This document shows positions 47,374 through 53,964 of a stretch of DNA of 64,000 nt, one piece after another; position 1 is the first letter of the stretch, and every line of letters starts with the position of its first letter. A program made the position numbers and the translations under genes. The notes under the pieces are model-generated. The model worked only from the letters and a program-made list of their open reading frames with translations. It made no database searches and was not told the DNA's origin. Origin of the DNA: an uncultured Erysipelotrichaceae bacterium (GTDB taxonomy: Bacteria > Bacillota_I > Bacilli_A > RFN20 > CAG-826); NCBI GenBank assembly GCA_902791935.1, contig CADAXQ010000001.1, forward strand, positions 41,561-105,560, in the 5' to 3' direction.

Positions 47374-48268
47374 CGCTGATCCTCCCGTGAGAATAAAGAT
47401 GCATCAGGCTTTCTTTTGTAATCGAGACATCTTCTGGTGAGATTCCGCTTTGTTTTAACGATTCGAGGAGGACAAGCGGATCGTCGTTGCAAACGAGAAA
47501 ATAACGGTTGTCTTTTTGTTCGTAAGCGATGCCCTTTTCGCGGAAAAAATCCAGGCAACGTTTCGAATCCGAAGAGAAGAAAGAAACAATCCGTTGTTCT
47601 TTTTCCGCGAGTTCCTCTCGGTAAAAAGTCTTCACGATTCGGCCAGCTTCCAAGAAAACAAAACGATCGCAAAGTTCTTCGAGCTCTGGAAGATTGTGGC
47701 TCGAAATGACAAACGCAACGCCTTTTTCGCGATTGATGCTGCAAATTTGGTCTTCGATTTGTTTGAGCCCAAGGGGATCCAAACCATTAAACGGTTCGTC
47801 TAAAAGAACGACTTCGCAACCACTATATAGAGCCGTGGCAAGCGACAACCGCTGCTTCATCCCCAAAGAGAAATTTTTCACCGGTTTTGTGTGATTTTCT
47901 AATCCTACTGCTTGAATGGCATTACGAATCGCATCGTTATCGATGGCAAGGCCACGTCCTAAAGCGTATGCCTTCAAATTGTCTTGTGCCGACAAATTGG
48001 GATATAAACTAGGGGCATTGATGGTTGCGCCGATTCTCGCTTTTGCAGCGTCAAATGCCTTTCCTTTTGTTTCGCCATGATAGGCGATTTCTCCCGAATC
48101 CGGAACAATAAGGCCACACAAGAGCCGCAAAAGAGTCGTTTTTCCGGCGCCATTAGGGCCAATTAATCCAACGATTTGCGATGGGAAAATATCCAATGAG
48201 ACATCTTTGATGACTTTCTCTCTACGAAATCGTTTTGTAAGGGAACGAGCTTCTAAAATTGGCGTCAT
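47366..48268 (-). CDS. ABC transporter ATP-binding protein
   Basis: Walker A GPNGAGKTT, signature LSLGMKQRL, Walker B VVLLDEPFNGLD. Confidence 0.93.
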   Translation of the reverse strand: MTPILEARSLTKRFRREKVIKDVSLDIFPSQIVGLIGPNGAGKTTLLRLLCGLIVPDSGEIAYHGETKGKAFDAAKARIGATINAPSLYPNLSAQDNLKAYALGRGLAIDNDAIRNAIQAVGLENHTKPVKNFSLGMKQRLSLATALYSGCEVVLLDEPFNGLDPLGLKQIEDQICSINREKGVAFVISSHNLPELEELCDRFVFLEAGRIVKTFYREELAEKEQRIVSFFSSDSKRCLDFFREKGIAYEQKDNRYFLVCNDDPLVLLESLKQSGISPEDVSITKESLMHLYSHGRISDE

Positions 48269-48359
48269 ATAACAAAAAATCGAATCCGTTTACTTTATTG
48301 TAGTCTTGGCCAAAAAACATCAACGTCATCTCACTGGCTGAAAAAAACAAGTTGAGTTC

Positions 48360-48920
48360 TTATGACAGTTTTAGCATCCCTGCGACTTTTTTTCGTAACA
48401 AAGCAGGATTGTCGTCTTTGGAAAAGAGAATGCGTTCATCCCCATAGGGGCGTTGTAACGCCTTTTGCTTTTCGCTTTGATTGGCTTTGTCGGCCTTTGA
48501 AAAGACCACTAAAGTCGGTATCGATTCTTTTTCTAAATAAGAAAATAACAAAAGATCATCCTCATTTGGTTCTAAACGGCAATCGAGCAAGAACACGCAT
48601 CCACGAAGCAGCGGATTCTCGAAATAACGTTCCATCATGGCGCCAAAAGCGTCGTCTTCTTTTGACCCATAATGCGTATAACCATATCCAGGCGAATCCA
48701 CCAAATAAAAGGCATCATCGATCAAAAAATAATTCAAATAACGGGTTTTGCCGGCGCGTTTCGAAGAATAGGCCAGCTTTTGCCCCGTTAGAGTATTAAT
48801 CAAGGAAGATTTCCCAACATTGGAACGACCGACAAAAACCAATTCTGGAAGTTTGTCTTTCGGCCGATAGTCCAACGACGGGGCAGAAATGATATAACGC
48901 GCTTTTCGAAAATCGATCAT
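48360..48920 (-). CDS. engB: ribosome-biogenesis GTPase EngB/YsxC
   Basis: G1 GRSNVGKSSLIN, G3 DSPGYG, G4 SKADK, 186 aa. It lies downstream of lon as in Bacillus. Confidence 0.93.
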   Translation of the reverse strand: MIDFRKARYIISAPSLDYRPKDKLPELVFVGRSNVGKSSLINTLTGQKLAYSSKRAGKTRYLNYFLIDDAFYLVDSPGYGYTHYGSKEDDAFGAMMERYFENPLLRGCVFLLDCRLEPNEDDLLLFSYLEKESIPTLVVFSKADKANQSEKQKALQRPYGDERILFSKDDNPALLRKKVAGMLKLS

Positions 48921-49048
48921 GCTTAGATTATAGCAAAAAGGAGTACGTTTTTTTAAAAGGTCACAAGCTTTGAAGTGATGAATGGTTTCATTCTCACCTC
49001 GCTGAAATCGCTAAATCATCGCCGTTTAAATTTGACTTGTTCGGTTTG

Positions 49049-49259
49049 TCAATAGACCCCATGCCTATGGACCTTGTATTTTTTCCCGTTAAGCTCGATG
49101 TACTCCAATGGGTGTATCCTCAAAGTGCCAAGGATAATAATCATAGGAATCAAGATGCACCAACACATAGTATTTCTCGTGCTTAGCCATAATAAAGCAA
49201 GTATCGGGCTGTCCCATTTGGTCCCATCCTTCCCTTTTATCGTAGCAAAATGTAGACAT
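49049..49259 (-). pseudogene. decayed paralog of the 100-aa partner gene (internal deletion plus frameshift)
   Basis: The ATG at 49259 gives MSTFCYDKREGWDQMGQPDTCFIMAKHEKYYVLVHLDSYDYYPWHFEDTPIGVHRA*. Compare MFTFCYDKKE...MARHEKYYVLAYLDPYDYVP in the intact copy. The C-terminal homology IELNGKKYKVHRHGVY* (compare IIELREKRYQIHRYSGE*) continues in another frame down to 49049. Confidence 0.75.
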
Positions 49260-49263
49260 AAGA

Positions 49264-49362
49264 TTACGAGTTACGGGGATAAGTTGTATATCCGCTATCG
49301 TTTTTGATATGCAAGAGTGCGAAGAGAGAGTTGGCGCGCTTGTTTAAATTGAGTTTTTTCAT
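49264..49362 (-). pseudogene. orphan 3' remnant of a paralog of the 457-aa gene (last ~26 codons only)
   Basis: Translation gives MKKLNLNKRANSLFALLHIKNDSGYTTYPRNS*. The intact gene ends ...PPYKRAHSLFGLLRIKGDGGYTTYPQKP*. DNA identity is obvious by eye, and the 4-nt stop-to-start spacing to the next ORF is the same. Confidence 0.75.
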
Positions 49363-49365
49363 TTG

Positions 49366-49668
49366 CTATTCGCCACTATATCGATGAATTTGATATCTTT
49401 TTTCGCGAAGTTCGATGATCGCGTAATTTGTCAGAATTTCAATTACTTTGGGATTCAATTCTGCACATAGTATGGCATCTTCTTCTTTGCTCTCTGGCTC
49501 CATGTCTTCAATAAGCGTATTTTTAAAATACAGCGGAACGTAATCATAAGGATCAAGATAGGCCAGAACATAGTATTTTTCGTGCCTGGCCATAACAAAG
49601 CAAAGACAAGACATATGCCAGAAGACATCTTCTTCCATTTCTTTTTTGTCGTAACAAAATGTAAACAT
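49366..49668 (-). CDS. 100-aa cytoplasmic partner protein of unknown family (candidate immunity/antidote)
   Basis: The ATG at 49668 lies 4 nt after the TAA of the upstream gene. There is no signal peptide or TM segment, and the C-terminal half is acidic. The start was chosen because the decayed paralog begins at the equivalent MxTFCYDK. Alternative starts are at 49707 (ATG) and 49731 (TTG). Confidence 0.75.
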   Translation of the reverse strand: MFTFCYDKKEMEEDVFWHMSCLCFVMARHEKYYVLAYLDPYDYVPLYFKNTLIEDMEPESKEEDAILCAELNPKVIEILTNYAIIELREKRYQIHRYSGE

Positions 49669-49672
49669 AACA

Positions 49673-51046
49673 TTACGGTTTTTGGGGATAGGTTGTATAG
49701 CCGCCATCGCCTTTGATTCGCAAGAGCCCAAAGAGCGAATGGGCCCGTTTATATGGCGGAGCTTCTATCCTCACGACCTTGTCGTCTTTCTTTTCTCCTA
49801 GATGGTAATGGTTCCACCCGAATAAATCGCCTTGGTCTACGGTCTTGTCATAGACAAGCAAGCTGTAATTACCATTGATTCGGTTAGAACCTAAGGCCAT
49901 CATCCTTTTAGCTTTGTTATTGTACCACGTGTAAGTGCAAACCCCGAAATCGTAAAGCTTGTTGTTGACAACAAAATCCTCGTCTACTTCCGCATAGCAA
50001 ATCCACCAGTGTTTTCCTTTTTCTTTAGCAGGATTCCCCATATGACCCATCAGCCATATTTTTTCGTTACGTCTGCTTTCGTCAGTAATGCTTTTCGCCA
50101 TATCCAGCGTGATGATTGTGTCGATGAATTCTAGTGTTCGCCCGCCAGCATTAACTCTTTTAGCGACTTTGGACTCCTCTCCTTTGGCCGCAGCATCGCC
50201 AAAGTAGGTATCAATGAGGGAAGAGAACAAGGTGAACTGTTCCTTAAACCAAGTTTTTATTTCTTCCATCTTTTGACTAATCGCAGCCCAATTCTCAACA
50301 ATGATGACAGTCAAAGCAACAAGAGCGCCCACAATCAACATCACGGCTAATGCCCATCCGATGAACGGAATCCAAGAAGCAGAGAGACCAACGGTCATGG
50401 TGGATATGCATGAAGTGAAGGCGGTAATGATCGTTTCACCAAGCCCTGCTCCAGAGAGGATTGCGACAATTCCAGCTGTGGCAGCCGCGGCAACTCTGGT
50501 AATGGTTGTTCCGCCTGAATCGATCGTCGGATGCAAGGGCATTATCGGATCAATGGGGTTCGTCGGTATAGTCGCATGGTTGTACTTCAAATCGATGTTA
50601 AGATCCTGATAGAAGCTGTGATTCAAAGTCACATAGCGGTCAAAATTATAGTCTTGACTTCTCAATGTTTCATATTTTTGAAGTTGCTCTGAGGTCAAGG
50701 ATGCTTCAAGATCGGTTTGATAATCATACATGACTTGGCTGAAATCTGGAGCTACATAGTTGATATCAAATTCAGGAAGTTCGATGGCTTCCTTGTCATC
50801 CACGTTCAAACCGGCAATGTTCAAATAATCAGGAAACTCATTTTGATAACTGTTTATGGCACGTTCAAACACAACCTCAGGATCTTCCGTGGTATCAAGA
50901 ACGTCGTTCATTGCTTTTTTGATGTTGCGAACCAGCTGCGTCTTTGTCTCATTTGCCTTTGCAACCGCATAGTTGCTATTTTTGCAAGCGGTCACAAAAG
51001 CGAATAAAACAGCCATTAAAGTAGCAAAAAACTTTTTAGACTTCAT
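49673..51046 (-). CDS. 457-aa lipobox-bearing multi-TM protein with an uncharacterised ~200-aa C-terminal domain (candidate toxin/effector)
   Basis: MKSKKFFATLMAVLFAFVTAC is a signal peptide plus lipobox. A domain of about 165 aa follows. Next is a hydrophobic block VAAAATAGIVAILSGAGLG-E-TIITAFTSCISTMTVGLSASWIPFIGWALAVMLIVGALVALTVIIV (2-3 TM helices). Last is a soluble C-terminal domain (…HWWICYAEVDED…GWNHYHLGEKKDD…KRAHSLFG…GYTTYP) with no family I can name. Confidence 0.8.
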   Translation of the reverse strand: MKSKKFFATLMAVLFAFVTACKNSNYAVAKANETKTQLVRNIKKAMNDVLDTTEDPEVVFERAINSYQNEFPDYLNIAGLNVDDKEAIELPEFDINYVAPDFSQVMYDYQTDLEASLTSEQLQKYETLRSQDYNFDRYVTLNHSFYQDLNIDLKYNHATIPTNPIDPIMPLHPTIDSGGTTITRVAAAATAGIVAILSGAGLGETIITAFTSCISTMTVGLSASWIPFIGWALAVMLIVGALVALTVIIVENWAAISQKMEEIKTWFKEQFTLFSSLIDTYFGDAAAKGEESKVAKRVNAGGRTLEFIDTIITLDMAKSITDESRRNEKIWLMGHMGNPAKEKGKHWWICYAEVDEDFVVNNKLYDFGVCTYTWYNNKAKRMMALGSNRINGNYSLLVYDKTVDQGDLFGWNHYHLGEKKDDKVVRIEAPPYKRAHSLFGLLRIKGDGGYTTYPQKP

Positions 51047-51267
51047 ACCATATCTCTCTTTTTTAATTTTAATTTATCATTTTTACTAAAATGCGTCAAT
51101 ATCACGAATACTGACAGCATACCGCCAAGCAAGAACGCATGCATAGGAAGCGAATTTTCGTAATTAGTGAGCAAAATTGACCTATGTCTGAATAAAAAGC
51201 CATATGTTCAAATCCAAAAAGCAAATCAAGACAACGAAAATTCATTCCATCATTGGCTATTTTCCAT

Positions 51268-51303
51268 ATAAAAAACCTCTGCTGTTTTGGGAACAACAGA
51301 GGT
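51268..51303 (-). terminator. strong rho-independent terminator after lon
   Basis: Minus-strand CCTCTGTTG...CAGCAGAGG (9-bp stem) followed by TTTTTTAT. Confidence 0.85.
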
Positions 51304-51340
51304 CATGAATTAGGATGAAGTAACCAAGTGGCAGGAATGT

Positions 51341-53731
51341 TTAAGCATTCGTCGCCGCTGGCTTGTTTTCGCTTGGTGTGACTGGCGTAGGTGCAGGGAC
51401 GTTATCCGGTCCAAAGAGATAAGGAAGCGCATCATCGACCTTCTTCATATAGACGATCTTTAAGCCCTTCTTCACTTCTTCGGGGAGTTCATCGACATCT
51501 TTGCGGTTTTCTTCCGGCACAATGATGGTCTTAATACCACTCCGTAAGGCCGCGAGGGATTTCTCCCGTAAGCCGCCAATCGGAATGACGTTGCCGCGTA
51601 ACGTGACTTCGCCAGTCAAGGCGACATTGTTATCCACGGGTTTGCCAGTCAAGGTCGAAAGAATGGCGCAAGTAATCGCAACACCGGCACTCGGGCCGTC
51701 TTTTGGCACGGCACCTTCTGGGAAATGCAAGTGAATCTCGTTCTTTTCGAACATCTCCGGTTGGATGCCATAACGGTCAGCGTTCGCCCTCACATAGTCC
51801 AGAGCAATCAAGCAGCTTTCCTTCATGACGTCCTTTAAGTTACCGGTCGTCACTAAGCCGCCTTTGCCTTGGAAATGCGTTGCTTCAATTGGCAAGATAT
51901 CGCCACCGAATTCCGTATAAGCAAGACCTGTCACCACCCCAACCTGCGGTTCTTTTTCTTTCTTGGTGTCTTCGAAGATTTCAACGCCAAGATACTTCCG
52001 AACTTGGGCGGCATCCACAACAATTGGTTTTGGATGCTCAGGGTTACGGATGAGTTCCACCACGGCTTTTCGGCAACAAGATGCGATCAAACGCTCTAAT
52101 TCACGAACGCCGGCTTCGCGGGTATAGAACTCAATGATTTCTTTTAACCCATCTTCAGGGAAAGTGATATCCCCTGCTTTTAAGCCGTTCGCGTTCATTT
52201 GCTTCTGCACCAAGAATCCTTCGGCAATCTTAAGTTTTTCAATCTCGGTATAAGACGGGACTTCAATCAGTTCAAGACGGTCGCGGAGCGGCGCAGGAAC
52301 GTTCTCAAGATAGTTCGCGGTCGCGATGAATAGAACATTCGACAAATCATAAGGTTCTTCGAGGTAGTTGTCGTTAAACGAGGAGTTTTGTTCCGGGTCT
52401 AAGACTTCAAGCAAGGCGCTCGAAGGATCGCCTTTGTAATTCGATCCGCCGACTTTATCGATTTCATCGAGCAAGAATACCGGATTCGTCACGCCAGCCT
52501 TCGTCATGCCTTGGATGATGCGGCCTGGTAAGGCGCCGACATAGGTTCTCCGATGGCCACGGATTTCCGCTTCGTCGGAAACACCGCCTAATGAGCACTT
52601 ATAGAACTTCCGTCCTAAGGCGCGAGCGATGGATTTCGCTAACGAAGTTTTGCCACATCCCGGGGGTCCGTAGAAGCAAAGAATCGGGGCTTTGAGATTA
52701 CCCGTCGATTTCTTGACGGCAAGGTACTCAATAATCCGTTTCTTGACTTTGTCGAGACCGTAATGGTCTTCGTCCAAAATCTTTTGCACGTTGGCCAAAT
52801 CATCGTTGTCTTCGGTCTTTTGATACCATGGAACACCCAGTAACGTCTGGATGTAGTTCATGATGAGCGAGGATTCCAAAGACGCTTCGGGCATCATCTC
52901 ATAACGATGTAATTCCGATTTGACTTTGGCTTTGATGTTTTCGGGATAAGGGTTCTTCTCGATCTTTTGCCGAATGGCATCCACATCGTCTGCCGAATCC
53001 TTTCCTTCACCGAGTTCATCTTTAATCGCGCGCATCTTCTCCCGCAAGAAGTATTCCTTTTGGGATTGTTCGGCACGTTCCCGAACCGTTTCGTCGAGTT
53101 TTTCATCGATTTGGTTCAGTTGTTCTTGTTGTTTGACGGCTGCCAAAATGGCTTTCAAGCGTTCATTGACGTTCCCTTCGGATAAGAGCTTGATTTTTTG
53201 CTCCACCGAGAAAGGGAGATAGCCCGAAAGCGTATCGGCGATATCGGCTGGCGATCCGCCTCTTCCTAAAGAGTTAATGGCGCTCTTAGGGATATTTTGT
53301 CCGATGGACGGACTGTTCCCAATGGTAGTGACGATGTCGCGGATCAAGGTCACAATCTCGTTTTCGTCACCGGTCGTATCTTCAATTAACGTGCCATCAG
53401 CTAAATACGTGCCATTGTCTAAACGAATGTTACTTAACGCAACCCGTTTCGAGCCAATGACGCGAATTCGGATGGTATCGCCTTTTTCTTGATAATCGAC
53501 AATGCGGCAAAGCGCTGCGGTTGTATAGACATCTTCGGGAACTTTGATGTCATCTACTTTTTCATCTTTCTGAACGCCGACGAACAATAAAGAGTTCATC
53601 TGGTCGTGTGCGCGGCGTGCCGCCTCTTTGCTATAGGCCCGACCTGCTTCGATGGATTCGGTCATGTTTGGGAACACAACCAAGCCCTTCGTAATCAGGA
53701 AGGGAAGAGTTAAAGGTTCTTTGCTGTCCAT
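51341..53731 (-). CDS. lon: ATP-dependent protease Lon
   Basis: LON N-terminal domain, Walker A GPPGCGKTS, protease motif KDGPSAGVA, 796 aa. Confidence 0.97.
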   Translation of the reverse strand: MDSKEPLTLPFLITKGLVVFPNMTESIEAGRAYSKEAARRAHDQMNSLLFVGVQKDEKVDDIKVPEDVYTTAALCRIVDYQEKGDTIRIRVIGSKRVALSNIRLDNGTYLADGTLIEDTTGDENEIVTLIRDIVTTIGNSPSIGQNIPKSAINSLGRGGSPADIADTLSGYLPFSVEQKIKLLSEGNVNERLKAILAAVKQQEQLNQIDEKLDETVRERAEQSQKEYFLREKMRAIKDELGEGKDSADDVDAIRQKIEKNPYPENIKAKVKSELHRYEMMPEASLESSLIMNYIQTLLGVPWYQKTEDNDDLANVQKILDEDHYGLDKVKKRIIEYLAVKKSTGNLKAPILCFYGPPGCGKTSLAKSIARALGRKFYKCSLGGVSDEAEIRGHRRTYVGALPGRIIQGMTKAGVTNPVFLLDEIDKVGGSNYKGDPSSALLEVLDPEQNSSFNDNYLEEPYDLSNVLFIATANYLENVPAPLRDRLELIEVPSYTEIEKLKIAEGFLVQKQMNANGLKAGDITFPEDGLKEIIEFYTREAGVRELERLIASCCRKAVVELIRNPEHPKPIVVDAAQVRKYLGVEIFEDTKKEKEPQVGVVTGLAYTEFGGDILPIEATHFQGKGGLVTTGNLKDVMKESCLIALDYVRANADRYGIQPEMFEKNEIHLHFPEGAVPKDGPSAGVAITCAILSTLTGKPVDNNVALTGEVTLRGNVIPIGGLREKSLAALRSGIKTIIVPEENRKDVDELPEEVKKGLKIVYMKKVDDALPYLFGPDNVPAPTPVTPSENKPAATNA

Positions 53732-53771
53732 GTTCTGCCTCCTTTACGCAAGGAACATTATAGGGATATCG

Positions 53772-53798
53772 TTAGCACTTGCAAGCATTAAGTGCTAA
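53772..53798. promoter_or_regulatory. CIRCE operator (HrcA binding site) overlapping the lon promoter
   Basis: TTAGCACTT-N9-AAGTGCTAA against the consensus TTAGCACTC-N9-GAGTGCTAA. The -35 TTGCAA (53779-53784) lies inside it. A 16-nt spacer separates it from the TATAAT -10 (53757-53762), and an AAAGGAGG SD follows. Confidence 0.85.
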
Positions 53799-53964
53799 AA
53801 CATGCAAAAAATATTCGTTGTCATCGAAATTCCAGTTTTTATGAAACAAGAAATTATCACTGCCTTATTTTTATTATATAGGATAAAGACGTAACCAGGG
53901 TGAAAGATGCTCACGGAAATGAAAAGGCGTATCTTACGACACGCCTCATGGTTTTTAGAAAACC

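Noticed and set aside
49074-49307. Plus-strand ORF 49074..49307 (77 aa)
   Set aside because: The minus strand of the same DNA is clearly homologous to the 3' tail of the 457-aa gene and to its partner gene. The plus-strand frame is a by-product.
49673-51046. Assigning the C-terminal domain of the 457-aa protein to a named toxin family (barnase-like because of the ...GYTTYP tail, HNH/AHH-type because of NHYH/AHS, or a papain-like Cys/His enzyme because of WICY...NHYH)
   Set aside because: The resemblances are a few residues long. The expected catalytic residue patterns (for example the barnase E/R/H triad, or the HNH H-N-H spacing) cannot be aligned convincingly by eye. I leave the family unassigned rather than guess.
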